Below, in pieces: positions 18,806 through 29,130 of a stretch of 64,000 nt of DNA (positions are counted from its first letter, which is position 1; every line of letters starts with the position of its first letter). Under the pieces are notes generated by a model. It saw nothing but the letters and a program-made list of their open reading frames with translations. It was not told the DNA's origin and ran no database searches. A program made the translations under genes and the position numbers. Source of the DNA: Patescibacteria group bacterium (GTDB taxonomy: Bacteria; Patescibacteriota; Minisyncoccia; Phycocordibacterales; Phycocordibacteraceae); assembly GCA_019752595.1 (NCBI GenBank), contig JAIELV010000001.1, positions 489,209 through 553,208 of the forward strand, in the 5' to 3' direction.

Positions 18806-19483
18806 CTACACCCCCACCGACTCTAAAAAATCCGCGAGTTCCATATCTTGAACGGGACGGTACGAACCTTCTTTCAATGAACCGAGAGTGATATTTAATA
18901 TACGCACTCGCTTTAGCAAAACGGCGCTGACGCCGAACGCCCCGCACATGCGACGGATTTGGTGCTTTTTCCCTTCAGTGAGAGTGATTGAAAATGCACG
19001 CTTCCCTAGAATTTCTATCTTGCACGGTTTGGTTGTGTAATCACCAATATTTACCCCACGCTCCATTTTCTTTTTAAAATCTTTCGGCAATTCATCAAGC
19101 GTGCTCACTTCGTATTCTTTTTCATGTTCGTTTTTCGGATTCAAGAGTGCATCGGTTATTCTGCCGTCGTCGGTCAAAATAATGAGGCCACAGGAATCTT
19201 TGTCGAGTCTGCCCATAGGGAAGACCCCTTTTAACGGAAGAATGTCTTCTATAGATTCCTCCTCGCCTTGCGGTGAGTGCGTGATAATTCCGCGGGGCTT
19301 GTTGTACGCGAAGTACCGATACGTTTTCAAAGCCCCTGCTACCTCTACCGTATCCCCTTCCGAAACGTCAGAGCCTAAAACAGCCCGCGTACCGTTTATA
19401 GTCACACGACCCGCCTCTACCAGCTTGTCTGCTTCGCGCCGAGAAGCGTATTTGTGTAACGCAAGGTATTTATTGATACGCAT
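18806..19483 (-). CDS. RsuA/RluB/E/F family rRNA pseudouridine synthase
   Basis: S4 domain RINKYLA...SRREAD, GRLDKDS, EGKKHQIRRM. Confidence 0.92.
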   Translation of the reverse strand: MRINKYLALHKYASRREADKLVEAGRVTINGTRAVLGSDVSEGDTVEVAGALKTYRYFAYNKPRGIITHSPQGEEESIEDILPLKGVFPMGRLDKDSCGLIILTDDGRITDALLNPKNEHEKEYEVSTLDELPKDFKKKMERGVNIGDYTTKPCKIEILGKRAFSITLTEGKKHQIRRMCGAFGVSAVLLKRVRILNITLGSLKEGSYRPVQDMELADFLESVGV

Positions 19484-19524
19484 CGCACCAGATATACCAT
19501 AAAGAGGTAAAATATCTTCACCAC

Positions 19525-19767
19525 ATGTACTTCCTTTATCTTCTTGAATGCGCCGACGGCACGATATACACAGGTATTACGACCGACGTTACGCGCAGGA
19601 TCGAGGAGCATAAAAACGGAATCGGCAGCCGCTACACCCGCTCACGAAAAGTGAAACGCCTTCTGTATACGGAAAGGCAAAAAAACAGAAGCACAGCATC
19701 GAAGCGCGAGGCGGAAGTGAAGAAAATGACGCGAAAAGCAAAACTCGCACTTGCGCGCCCATCATAA
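19525..19767 (+). CDS. GIY-YIG nuclease family protein (YhbQ-like)
   Basis: YLLECADGTIYTGITTD..RRI.EH..G.G..YT. Confidence 0.88.
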   Translation: MYFLYLLECADGTIYTGITTDVTRRIEEHKNGIGSRYTRSRKVKRLLYTERQKNRSTASKREAEVKKMTRKAKLALARPS

Positions 19768-19810
19768 GTGGGACAAAATAACCTTTCGGAGAATACGAAA
19801 AGAAATACTT

Positions 19811-20221
19811 ATGAAAAGAGAAGCAAACGGACCTAGCAGAGACGACTCGAAACCTGAAATACTCAAGAGTTTCAACTCAAGAATACGAAATGCGACTGAG
19901 GACGCAGTTATAGACTGGGTGACTAAATACTTTCTAGACGACAGCAATCTTGCACTTATTAATTTTGATGACAAAAATAAACTTAAAGCCCAAATAAGCG
20001 GTTGGACCACTGGAGTGGTAGAGAGAATCAGACATCAATTAGTCGACTCTGGTTTCCGTGGTAGTGACAGAATAGAACCTTTGATTGGATACTACCTCTA
20101 CGAACACCTTCGTGGATACCCCCGATACACGGAAATACGAGACTTCTTGCCGTTTGGAGTTCGGTCATATGACCCGTCCTTACAAAAGAAAGTTGACGCT
20201 GAAGATAGACCTGCGGCCTAG
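19811..20221 (+). CDS. Hypothetical protein
   Basis: 136-aa ORF filling the gap; no recognised motif. Confidence 0.55.
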   Translation: MKREANGPSRDDSKPEILKSFNSRIRNATEDAVIDWVTKYFLDDSNLALINFDDKNKLKAQISGWTTGVVERIRHQLVDSGFRGSDRIEPLIGYYLYEHLRGYPRYTEIRDFLPFGVRSYDPSLQKKVDAEDRPAA

Positions 20222-20332
20222 TTACACATTCGCCTGCTGGCTCAGTACGTCTTCGCTCGCGCTCAGTTGCTGATTGCGGGGGGCTTCGGCTGGCTAGCCT
20301 CAGCACTTCCTCGCTCTCGCTCGGTCGCTTTT

Positions 20333-20965
20333 TCAATTACTGATTGCGGGGGCCTTGCCCACGTAGGTCTTGTCAGTCAATTGCTTCACAAGGAAATCCG
20401 CGAAATCTGCGCGCGTAAGGCGAAACCACGTGACGCCATTTCCGAAATACCCTACGCTTACTTTCCCCTTCTTCGGTCTATTTGTCAGAAGCGGAACACG
20501 TACTATCGTCCATTCGAGCCCCGATTCACGAATATCCTGGCCGAGAGTTTTCATATCGGTATATCCGTGATGGATAATGAGACCGACACCGAACGTGAGT
20601 GCCCAAAAAATAAGATTAAAACGGTCGTGCGCGTCAGGGACGGACGGAGTGCCGAGCGCTATCAACCTCTTTACTCCGTTCTTTTTCATCGAACTAATGA
20701 TGAGCTCGTAGGCGGGTGCAAAAATAAGCGTGTCTTGGCGACCCAAGGGGCCGACAACGGAAACAACCGCATCTGAACCTTTAATTGCCTCTTCTACTTT
20801 TTCTGCATTTTCTAAGTCCCCTACCACCAAAGACACTTTCGGATTTTGAATACGCATTTTTTTCGGGTTTCTGACATACGCAACAATCTCATGCCCCGCC
20901 TTCAACGCTTCTTCAACAAATAAATTTCCCACGTGCCCCGTGGCACCAAACACAGTGACTTTCAT
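20333..20965 (-). CDS. NAD(P)H-binding oxidoreductase (flavin reductase-like SDR)
   Basis: VFGATGHVG Rossmann motif, WTIVR, RADFADF. Confidence 0.88.
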   Translation of the reverse strand: MKVTVFGATGHVGNLFVEEALKAGHEIVAYVRNPKKMRIQNPKVSLVVGDLENAEKVEEAIKGSDAVVSVVGPLGRQDTLIFAPAYELIISSMKKNGVKRLIALGTPSVPDAHDRFNLIFWALTFGVGLIIHHGYTDMKTLGQDIRESGLEWTIVRVPLLTNRPKKGKVSVGYFGNGVTWFRLTRADFADFLVKQLTDKTYVGKAPAISN

Positions 20966-20969
20966 ATTT

Positions 20970-21413
20970 CTATAGACCCAAATTGAATGCGGCAATGACA
21001 GCACCAAGCCAACTGATGCCTGAAACTCCTCCGCTTATAAAAAGTGGAAGCTTCTCTGAAAACGCGAGCGATTTGTACGAGTGATTGACCGCGGTGTGCA
21101 TAAGCTTGCCAATGAAAAATGAATTAATTACCAAGGCAAACACAAAGCCCATTTTGATGAAAAAAGCAGGCACTGTGAACAGATACTCGGAAAGCGGGAC
21201 TGCCATGCTTGCTCCTGAGATAATCATGACAGCGAGACCCGCAAGCGTCAGATAATGCACCGTTTTGATGGTTTTTCCATTCAGCTTCTCTTTGTGCCCT
21301 AAGACCCAAGAAAGAGCCTGGTGGTCAGCGTAGAGCACCAAGAGAGCCACCAGGCCAAGTGTGCCTAAGTGGATATACAGAATCGGGAATGAAAAACCTA
21401 ACAGCTCAATCAT
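20970..21413 (-). CDS. Membrane protein
   Basis: Four TM helices; 147 aa. Confidence 0.7.
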   Translation of the reverse strand: MIELLGFSFPILYIHLGTLGLVALLVLYADHQALSWVLGHKEKLNGKTIKTVHYLTLAGLAVMIISGASMAVPLSEYLFTVPAFFIKMGFVFALVINSFFIGKLMHTAVNHSYKSLAFSEKLPLFISGGVSGISWLGAVIAAFNLGL

Positions 21414-21446
21414 TCTTCAAGTATACCCTCCTGCTACACTAATTTC

Positions 21447-21791
21447 ATGCCCCAAAATTCAGATTTTAAAGACTACATCCTCGGTGATATCTTGGGAACT
21501 TTGAACGGAGTTACTGCGCGTTCTATGTTTGGCGGGTATGGACTTTACAAAGACGGAATTATTTTCGGGATCATTGCAGAAGACGAACTCTACCTCAAGG
21601 TCGATGACACAAACCAGAAGGAGTACGAATCATTCGGCTCGCATCCGTTTGTGTACGAACGAGGAAATCACGCAAAAACCACCATGTCGTATTGGATAAT
21701 CCCTGAAACTATTTTGGAAGATCGTGAACGAATTGAAGAGCTCGTCATGAACTCATTCAGCATTAACAAAAAGAAGAAGCGCCGAAATTAA
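21447..21791 (+). CDS. TfoX/Sxy N-terminal domain protein
   Basis: ARSMFGGYGLY.DG..F.II..DELYLK...MSYW. Confidence 0.88.
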   Translation: MPQNSDFKDYILGDILGTLNGVTARSMFGGYGLYKDGIIFGIIAEDELYLKVDDTNQKEYESFGSHPFVYERGNHAKTTMSYWIIPETILEDRERIEELVMNSFSINKKKKRRN

Positions 21792-22837
21792 TCGAGAACT
21801 TTCGCAAGAGAGTGCGGATTATTTTCTTTCACGCTCCTCCCTGAAACAAGTTGGAACTCTACCCTATCGCTAAACTCCTCGAGATTTTTTGCTCCTACGT
21901 ACCCCATAGACACCTGTAGGCCACCCGCGAGTGTGTTCACTACGTCTTCGAGCGTTCCTGCGTACGGCACGAGCGCAGAGACCCCCTCAGGAACGATGCG
22001 TTTTGATTTACCCAGATAACGGTCATTTGCCTGCCCTTCTTTCAAAACCGCACGACTTCCCATACCGCGATACTCTTTAAATTTCTTTCCCCCAATTTTC
22101 ACGATTTTCCCTGGTGCAGCATCCGTTCCTGCAAACAAATTTCCAAGCATCGCAACCGATGCGCCAGCGCCGAGTGCTTTTGCGATATCGCCCGAATTTC
22201 TCATACCGCCGTCTGCGATAACGGGCACGCCTGCTTTTTTAGCAATCGGTATAACTTCAAGTAAGGCAGAGAGCTGAGGGACGCCGACGCCAGAGACGAT
22301 GCGCGTTGTGCAAATAGAACCAGGACCGATACCCACCTTAATGCCGTCAGCAAATTGCACCAATTCTTCTGCCGCTTCTGCGGTTGCAATGTTACCTACC
22401 AACACTGGTACTTTTCCTGCTAATTCTTTAATTTTCTTTGCTCCGTTGATGACGTTCAAATTGTGTCCGTGCGCAGAATCAATCGCCAAAACATCCGCAC
22501 CTGCTTCAATCAACATTTTTGCGCGCTCCGCATCAAACGGACTGCATGCAGCACCTACTTTTACTCCTGCCTTCTTCGCTTTCTTCACCATAGCCGCTTC
22601 TTCTTTTGCGGTTTGATTACGGTGGATGATGGCAAGACCTCCCATTTTGCCGAGCGCTATTGCCATTTTGTCGTCTGAAACCTTGTCCATTGCTGCGGAA
22701 ATGAGCGGGATATCAAGCGAAAAACCCTTCGCAAGGGTAGTGGTGAGTACTGCCTCGCGTGGCTCCATGGAGCTTGCACGCGGACGAATTAATACATCGT
22801 CAAAGGTGTAGGAGATGCCGTTTCGTATCGTTCCCAT
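21788..22837 (-). CDS. guaB: IMP dehydrogenase / GMP reductase family, no CBS subdomain
   Basis: [45 protein letters not shown]. Confidence 0.9.
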   Translation of the reverse strand: MGTIRNGISYTFDDVLIRPRASSMEPREAVLTTTLAKGFSLDIPLISAAMDKVSDDKMAIALGKMGGLAIIHRNQTAKEEAAMVKKAKKAGVKVGAACSPFDAERAKMLIEAGADVLAIDSAHGHNLNVINGAKKIKELAGKVPVLVGNIATAEAAEELVQFADGIKVGIGPGSICTTRIVSGVGVPQLSALLEVIPIAKKAGVPVIADGGMRNSGDIAKALGAGASVAMLGNLFAGTDAAPGKIVKIGGKKFKEYRGMGSRAVLKEGQANDRYLGKSKRIVPEGVSALVPYAGTLEDVVNTLAGGLQVSMGYVGAKNLEEFSDRVEFQLVSGRSVKENNPHSLAKVLD

Positions 22838-22881
22838 GCTCAATGGTAACACGGAGCATGAAGTGAAATCAACAGGTATTT

Positions 22882-23640
22882 TTAACGAACAAAAAAGGTA
22901 GCGCGGGCGGTGACCATCACCTCTTTTTCAATAGACTGCGTATCGTACGAGCCGTAATCAGTTACTTCGACAGAGTTGGGAGAAAGAACTTGCACGACAC
23001 CTGAAGACGCCGCCTTCAAGGAACCCACATTTTGTCCACCCGCTTTTGCAATCTGCTCTGCGCGCGCTTTTGCGTCCCTTATCGCATCCCCTAAGAGTGA
23101 CACGCGAAGCTCAGGAAGATTCGAGACAAAATATTCAATGTTGTTCCACTGAACGAACACACCTTTCGATGAAAGTTCATTAATACGTTTTGAGAGCACA
23201 TCTATCCCCTGCACATCGTTTGATTGCACAGTGATTTCCTGACGGAGGTTATATTCGCGCGGACCAGTGTCATTTTGATTATATTTGTAGACCTCCTCGG
23301 TATAGACCTGAGAAACCGTAATTGCGTCAGCAGGAATGCCGTTTGATTTCAAAAATGCGGTTGTGGCTTCAACGTCCTGCGCCAAAAGCGGGTAGCCTGC
23401 CTGAAGATTTGATGCGAGTGCAGTTTGTGCGAGTGAAATTTTCCACTTCACCGTATCTGAAGTAACAGGAACTTTTGCAGAGCCAGTGACCGAAAGCACG
23501 TTATCCATTGCATGTACCGCGTAGAACACGTACGAGCCTAATGCTGCGGCAATGATAAGGGAAGCCCCCACAATGAGCGGTACATAGGGAGGAATACTGA
23601 TATCAAGTTTTGTGTGACCCGAAGGTACTAGGTTATCCAT
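22882..23640 (-). CDS. SIMPL (DUF541) domain protein
   Basis: SVTGSA..V.SD, AIRDAKARAEQIA, KEVMVT...F. Confidence 0.85.
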   Translation of the reverse strand: MDNLVPSGHTKLDISIPPYVPLIVGASLIIAAALGSYVFYAVHAMDNVLSVTGSAKVPVTSDTVKWKISLAQTALASNLQAGYPLLAQDVEATTAFLKSNGIPADAITVSQVYTEEVYKYNQNDTGPREYNLRQEITVQSNDVQGIDVLSKRINELSSKGVFVQWNNIEYFVSNLPELRVSLLGDAIRDAKARAEQIAKAGGQNVGSLKAASSGVVQVLSPNSVEVTDYGSYDTQSIEKEVMVTARATFFVR

Positions 23641-23680
23641 ACTTTTATATTTTAACACAAACACTACTACACCCACCGCT

Positions 23681-23718
23681 CTCAATGACTGATATGATAT
23701 ATCATATCAGTCATTGAG
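23681..23718. repeat. Perfect 38-bp loopless palindrome
   Basis: CTCAATGACTGATATGATA|TATCATATCAGTCATTGAG. Confidence 0.9.
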
Positions 23719-23744
23719 TAGGTCGAAGGGGGCGAAGATTGAAA

Positions 23745-24467
23745 TCAGATCTTTGAGATGGTGGCCAAAACAGCTGCGTGATCAGAAACACCAAACCTCA
23801 ACTCGACGTCTGAAGCGGTGTAGGCAGGGGTTGTAAAGCAACCATCAACCATGAGAGTTAATTTCCCTGCGCGGTGAAGGTTCTCATCTAAAGATGTTTC
23901 GTACTGTGCGGGAATATTGTCTTTTAGTTTTTCGGCAAACATTGAGAAAATTTCTTTTCCACGTGGAGCATTAAAATCACCAAAAAGCACCATCTCCCCT
24001 TCTCGCTCAATTATTTCCAAAAGCGCTTTTGCACACACCCGCTGGATGTTGTCCGCTTCTCCATCAGGTGTCCACGGAAAATGCGTGAAGCCAATTTTAT
24101 AGGTTGCTTGATCTTTATTTGCCTCAACAACAACCAAGAAATTCTTGCACGTTTGTAAACGCTCTTCACTAGTACCTTCTATGAAATCAGTTATTTCACC
24201 TAAAGGGCCAGAATATTGTTCGTCACGACAAACGACAGGTACCCGAGAAAAAACCCCATGCCCCATCGGGATCTTACCGTAGGGGCGGCTAAAACGCATC
24301 ATGGGCACAAAGAAACAATCTTCTTGCAATGCTTCTTCAAGCTTCGGCACATCGGTCGCCAAAAGTTCGTTTACTAAAAGCACATCCCATTGCTCGGCTT
24401 TCAAAAACTGAAGCACCCTATCAAAGTGCTTGTCGTACTCAATGTTGACTGAAATGACGCGAAGCAC
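23745..24467 (-). CDS. Endonuclease/exonuclease/phosphatase family protein
   Basis: SVNI, NE, TH, GDFNAP, VD, SDH motifs. Confidence 0.85.
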   Translation of the reverse strand: MLRVISVNIEYDKHFDRVLQFLKAEQWDVLLVNELLATDVPKLEEALQEDCFFVPMMRFSRPYGKIPMGHGVFSRVPVVCRDEQYSGPLGEITDFIEGTSEERLQTCKNFLVVVEANKDQATYKIGFTHFPWTPDGEADNIQRVCAKALLEIIEREGEMVLFGDFNAPRGKEIFSMFAEKLKDNIPAQYETSLDENLHRAGKLTLMVDGCFTTPAYTASDVELRFGVSDHAAVLATISKI

Positions 24468-24473
24468 AAGATT

Positions 24474-26186
24474 TTATTTTTGCGACGCTGCTTTTATGAA
24501 TGCAGAAAACAACGGGTGCGGTGAAAGCGGTTTTGCCTGAAGCTCGGGGTGAAACTGTGTGCCAAGCATGAACGGATGCGCCGACTTGGGAAGCTCAGCA
24601 ATTTCCATCAGCACTCCTGACGGTGATTGACCTGAAAATACGACACCTGCGTCTTCGAACGCTTTAATATACTCTGGGTTCACTTCATAGCGGTGACGAT
24701 GACGCTCCTCCACGGTATCCGCCTTATACGCATCGCGTGCGATCGTGCCTTTAGAAATTTTCGCAGGGTACGCACCCAGACGCATGGTTCCACCATACCG
24801 GTCCTCCTTCAGAATTTTTTTCTGTTCAGGCATGACCAAAACCACAGGATGCTTCGTGTGCGGATCAATCTCCGTGGTGTGAGCGCCGAAAAGTCCTAAT
24901 ACATTTCGCGCATATTCAACGAGCATAAGTTGCATGCCGTAGCACAGACCGAAGTACGGAATCTTATTCTCACGAGCGTACTGAATAACCTTTATCTTGC
25001 CTTCAATACCTGTCTCGCCGAAACCTCCAGGAACGATAATGCCGTCGTATTTTGCTAAGGTCGGAAGGGATGCCTTGCCGTTTTGGAAGTCTTTCGAATT
25101 AAGCCACGTGATTTTTGGTTTCACGCCCTGCGTATAACTGGAATATTTGATTGCCTCAATAACTGAAAGGTAGGCGTCGGAGAGCATGAAATCCCCCGTA
25201 TCGAAATATTTACCGACAATCGCTATGTTTACTTCTTTTTGCGCTGAGTGAATTTTATTCACAAACGCACGCCATTCTGAAAGATTTGATTTCTTACGAG
25301 GCTTCAGTTTCATTTCTTTCAACAAGAGATCGCCAAGACCGTCTTTTTCAAAATTGAGCGGAACTTCGTAAATGTTACTGACGTCGGGCGCCGAAATAAT
25401 GTGATCTTTGCGGACATTGCATGAAATGGAAAGTTTTTCTTTTCGTTTCTCATCCAAAGACGAGAACGCGCGCGCAATGAGGAAGTCTGGTTGCACACCG
25501 TAGCTGTTCAAATCGCGCACCGCAGTCTGCGTTGGTTTTGTTTTCATCTCTCCTATCGTTCCAGGAACGGGAAGATATGACACCATAACAAAAAGCACAT
25601 CATCTGGATGTTGCATCTTCAAAACGCGCGCGGCGTCGATATACAAAGCATTTTGGAAATCTCCCACCGTTCCCCCAATTTCAATAACTGAAATATCAGA
25701 ACCGTTGTGATGCGCTGCTGCTTTAATGCGCTCAACAATTTCGTCGCGTACATGCGGAACTGCCTCTACACATCTGCCTCCGTACTCAAGCGCGCGTTCA
25801 CGTTCAATAACCGTGCGATACACCATACCTGATGTCATGTAATCGGCATTGGTGAGATCGCGACCCAGAAAGCGTTCATAATTCCCCATGTCTTGATCAG
25901 TCTCAAGACCCGAACGCAACACAAACACCTCACCGTGTTCTGTAGGATTCATCGTTCCTGCATCAACGTTCAAGTATGGATCGACTTTCACCAAATTCAA
26001 ATGAAATCCGCGCGATTCAAGAATTGTGCCAATTGAAGAAGTGGCGATGCCTTTTCCAACACCGCTCATCACTCCGCCGATAACGAAGATGTATTTATGC
26101 GCCCCCGACCGTCTGCGGTTAGGGAAAATGGTATGACTAGAGGGTCGAGTGGCATGCTTTATTTTTTTCTGTAAAGCACGCTTCAT
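24474..26186 (-). CDS. pyrG: CTP synthase
   Basis: GGVMSGVGKG, DPYLNVDAGTMNP.EHGE, GLCYGMQ, ERHRHRYEVN, QFHPE. Confidence 0.97.
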   Translation of the reverse strand: MKRALQKKIKHATRPSSHTIFPNRRRSGAHKYIFVIGGVMSGVGKGIATSSIGTILESRGFHLNLVKVDPYLNVDAGTMNPTEHGEVFVLRSGLETDQDMGNYERFLGRDLTNADYMTSGMVYRTVIERERALEYGGRCVEAVPHVRDEIVERIKAAAHHNGSDISVIEIGGTVGDFQNALYIDAARVLKMQHPDDVLFVMVSYLPVPGTIGEMKTKPTQTAVRDLNSYGVQPDFLIARAFSSLDEKRKEKLSISCNVRKDHIISAPDVSNIYEVPLNFEKDGLGDLLLKEMKLKPRKKSNLSEWRAFVNKIHSAQKEVNIAIVGKYFDTGDFMLSDAYLSVIEAIKYSSYTQGVKPKITWLNSKDFQNGKASLPTLAKYDGIIVPGGFGETGIEGKIKVIQYARENKIPYFGLCYGMQLMLVEYARNVLGLFGAHTTEIDPHTKHPVVLVMPEQKKILKEDRYGGTMRLGAYPAKISKGTIARDAYKADTVEERHRHRYEVNPEYIKAFEDAGVVFSGQSPSGVLMEIAELPKSAHPFMLGTQFHPELQAKPLSPHPLFSAFIKAASQK

Positions 26187-26237
26187 ATCAGGCTATCCTA
26201 GCACGAGCGAAAAAATCTTCAAACGGGGGCTCCCTGC

Positions 26238-27158
26238 CTATACAGAAAGGTATTTCCTAACCGCGAGGAACGAAGAAATTGCGCCTAAAATGGCCCCGAC
26301 GCCCACCAAAACGACCAAGAAAAGGAAGAAGTGTGAGAGGTAATAGGCAAAGATATCAGAGCCGAACAGTGACGTTGCTGAACCTCTCACAATCCACGCT
26401 AGAGGGAAGAATACGATAAGCGCCACAATGCCCGAGACCATACCATAAAGCGTACCTTCAACAACGAACGGGCCACGGATGTACATGTTGGAAGCACCTA
26501 CGAGTCTCATAACAGCAATTTCTTCGCGCGCAGTGTAAATCGCAAGCCGAATGGTATTGAATGTAATTAAAATAGAGGCGATTGCAAAGACAAGTATCGT
26601 CGCAAGACCAAAACGAGATATATATGCGGTAAGGTTTTCAAGCTGTTCAATCACGAGCTTATTCTGTGCGTAGTTTACTGAATCAATGAACGGCTTCCCT
26701 TCCGCGTCTGTTGTTCTGCTCTCCAGGAATTTCGCAATACCTTCGTATTCAGACGGTTCTTTTGCTTTGACCGAGAGTGACGCACCAAAGGGATTGTCAC
26801 CAAGCTCGTCTAATCCTTGGAGCATACGCTGATCATCTTCGTGGCGCGCACGGAAATCAGCAATTGCATCTTCGCGTGAAGTGTAAGTTACAAACTTCAC
26901 TTCAGGAATGCGCTCAAGCTCTGTTTTCAGTTGCAAAATGGATGGCTCAGATACTGCAGTGACGAAATAGACATTTACGTCGACTTTGTCTTTTATATAC
27001 GCAACGAAGTCGCTCACCAGTGCGTTAACGAACATGAGTGAACCAACGATAACTAATGTCATCGTCATCACAAAAATTGATGCGAGCGATACAAAACTGT
27101 TGCGGAATACGTTCACCATTCCCGCGCGTACTATTCTTCGTATGTTAGTCCACAGCAT
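26238..27158 (-). CDS. ftsX: Cell division permease FtsX
   Basis: FNTIRLAIY..REEI.VMRLVGAS..YIRGPF..EG; follows ftsE. Confidence 0.93.
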   Translation of the reverse strand: MLWTNIRRIVRAGMVNVFRNSFVSLASIFVMTMTLVIVGSLMFVNALVSDFVAYIKDKVDVNVYFVTAVSEPSILQLKTELERIPEVKFVTYTSREDAIADFRARHEDDQRMLQGLDELGDNPFGASLSVKAKEPSEYEGIAKFLESRTTDAEGKPFIDSVNYAQNKLVIEQLENLTAYISRFGLATILVFAIASILITFNTIRLAIYTAREEIAVMRLVGASNMYIRGPFVVEGTLYGMVSGIVALIVFFPLAWIVRGSATSLFGSDIFAYYLSHFFLFLVVLVGVGAILGAISSFLAVRKYLSV

Positions 27159-27281
27159 GGTTAGTTTTTGTTAGCGAATCCGATGAGCTTAGAAAAAATT
27201 CCACCCCGCCCTCTAAGGAGCTCTTACCTCTCAGCATAGAGGGCGGGGTTATTGAAATTATAGTCGCTCTGCTCGTTAATT
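27159..27281 (-). repeat. Three-hairpin intercistronic element, copy 1
   Basis: Core ACCCCGCCCTCTAAG...AGCATAGAGGGCGGGGT at 27203-27249 plus flanking hairpins shared with the 49939 and 51126 copies. Confidence 0.8.
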
Positions 27282-27986
27282 TCATATAACGTACCTGCCT
27301 TCTTTATCGTCACGCACAATGCGACCGTTGTCCATGGTGATGACGCGCTTCCCCAAAGAATCTATCACCCCTTTATTATGAGAGGTCAAAATAACAGTCG
27401 TGCCAAGCTCGTTGATGCGCTTCAGAATCTCTACTACTTGATAGGTATTGATGGGATCAAGGTTTCCAGTAGGTTCGTCAGCAAGCAAGACATCGGGCTG
27501 GTTTACGATGGCGCGGCCAATCGCAACGCGCTGACGTTCTCCGCCTGAAAGCTCTGAAGGAAAGTTCCACGCTTTATCGGCCAAATCGACAAGATCCAAG
27601 ACGTGCGGAACATCAGCAGCTATTTCGTCATCTGTTCTTCCTGAGGCCTCCATTGCAAACGCAATGTTTTCGTACGCAGTTTTATTCGGAATAAGACGGA
27701 AATCCTGAAATACCGTTCCTATCTTTCTTCGAAGCTTATGTAGTTGGCTTTTTGGTATTTTCGTGACATCCGTTGATTCAAAAAAGACCACGCCTGAGGT
27801 CGGAGTATCTTCCGCAAGCACCATCTTTAAAAGCGTGGTTTTCCCTGCCCCTGCATGCCCGACAATAGAAACGAATTCTTTCGGACCGACGGAGAGTGTC
27901 ACGTCGTCCAGCGCAACCGAACCGCCTGTCGGTTGATTCCCTGAGGATTGTCCGTAAATTTTTGAAACGCGGTCAAAGTAAATCAT
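27282..27986 (-). CDS. ftsE: Cell division ATPase FtsE
   Basis: GHAGAGKTT, VFQDFRLI, LSGGERQR, ADEPTGNLDP. Confidence 0.95.
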   Translation of the reverse strand: MIYFDRVSKIYGQSSGNQPTGGSVALDDVTLSVGPKEFVSIVGHAGAGKTTLLKMVLAEDTPTSGVVFFESTDVTKIPKSQLHKLRRKIGTVFQDFRLIPNKTAYENIAFAMEASGRTDDEIAADVPHVLDLVDLADKAWNFPSELSGGERQRVAIGRAIVNQPDVLLADEPTGNLDPINTYQVVEILKRINELGTTVILTSHNKGVIDSLGKRVITMDNGRIVRDDKEGRYVI

Positions 27987-27991
27987 TCTCC

Positions 27992-28876
27992 CTATTTTAA
28001 CTCGCTTTTTACACTTGCGTCTATGAACATATCTAAATCTCCTGATAACACTGCATCGGTGTTATGGGATTCAGCGTCAGTGCGGTGGTCTTTTACCAAC
28101 TTATACGGATGTAAAACGTAGGAGCGAATCTGACTTCCCCATTCGTTTGCTGTTGTTGCACCAATTGAAAGTCCCTTTACTTCCTTCTCACGGATTTCTT
28201 CTTCTCGTTTAAATATTTTTGCTTTCAAAAGCGCAAGTGCACGCTCGCGGTTCGCAGCCTGGCTTCGCTCCGTGGACGCATGCACAGAAAGATTGGTGGG
28301 TTTATGGACGATTCTTACTGCCGTTTCTCTTTTGTTGACATTCTGCCCGCCTGCGCCGCCTGAGCGCGCAAACTGAATATCCAAATCCTCAGGCTTCAAT
28401 TCAACACCTTCGCCTTCAGGTAATTCTGGGAGCACTTCAAGAAGTGCAAAACTTGTTTGTCGTTTACTGTTGGCATTGAATGGAGAGATGCGGACCAAAC
28501 GATGCACGCCCGCTTCATGCTTCAGACGCCCATACGCCCCTTTACCTTTTATTTCAAATGTAATCGAACGATACCCGCCGTGGTCACTTTCATTTTCATC
28601 AATACGGCGCACCTCCCAGCCTTTTTTCGTGGCGTATCCGTCGTACATCCGAAATAGTATTGCTGCAAAATCCTCAGCATCGTCACCACCTGCGCCCGCG
28701 AGAAGAGAAAGTACTGCACTTCCGCGGTCGTACCGAGAGCCACCCTCGGCAAGCATTTCCAAATCCTTCATCTCTTTAATCATCCGCTGTGCCGCGGCTG
28801 AATCATTCCAAAAATCAGGCCGTTCCATGGCCGACTGAATCTCAGCAATACGCGCTTTTGCCTGCTCAGGATTCAT
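27992..28876 (-). CDS. prfB: Peptide chain release factor 2 (shortened N-domain)
   Basis: HRLVRISPF (SPF), GGAGGQNVNK (GGQ), WGSQIRSYVLHPY. Confidence 0.93.
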   Translation of the reverse strand: MNPEQAKARIAEIQSAMERPDFWNDSAAAQRMIKEMKDLEMLAEGGSRYDRGSAVLSLLAGAGGDDAEDFAAILFRMYDGYATKKGWEVRRIDENESDHGGYRSITFEIKGKGAYGRLKHEAGVHRLVRISPFNANSKRQTSFALLEVLPELPEGEGVELKPEDLDIQFARSGGAGGQNVNKRETAVRIVHKPTNLSVHASTERSQAANRERALALLKAKIFKREEEIREKEVKGLSIGATTANEWGSQIRSYVLHPYKLVKDHRTDAESHNTDAVLSGDLDMFIDASVKSELK

Positions 28877-28878
28877 AG

Positions 28879-29106
28879 TTATTTTCGACGAGAGATGAAC
28901 TGCCACAAAGACACCAGTGCCCACAAAGTCTCAATGACAAGAAACGGCCAGCTTTCTATCGCGTATGCGTAATACGCTAGAAGTACAGCTCCTAAAAAAT
29001 TTCCCGCGATATACCAAAGCGATGAACTCTGGAGAATCTTAAACTGAAGTAAAGAGAAGAAAAATAAAAGAATTCCTGCCCCAAGAGTGCCAATCAAAAG
29101 AATCAT
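28879..29106 (-). CDS. Small membrane protein (CBU_0592-like)
   Basis: Three TM helices; GNFLGAVLL..Y.....WPF..IE..W. Confidence 0.7.
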   Translation of the reverse strand: MILLIGTLGAGILLFFFSLLQFKILQSSSLWYIAGNFLGAVLLAYYAYAIESWPFLVIETLWALVSLWQFISRRK

Positions 29107-29130
29107 GAAGTCAGTTTACCACTGAGGCAA

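Noticed and set aside
19525-19767. GIY-YIG protein as a homing endonuclease for the intron
   Set aside because: It is an 80-aa stand-alone YhbQ-type protein with no DNA-binding extension, 18 kb from the intron.
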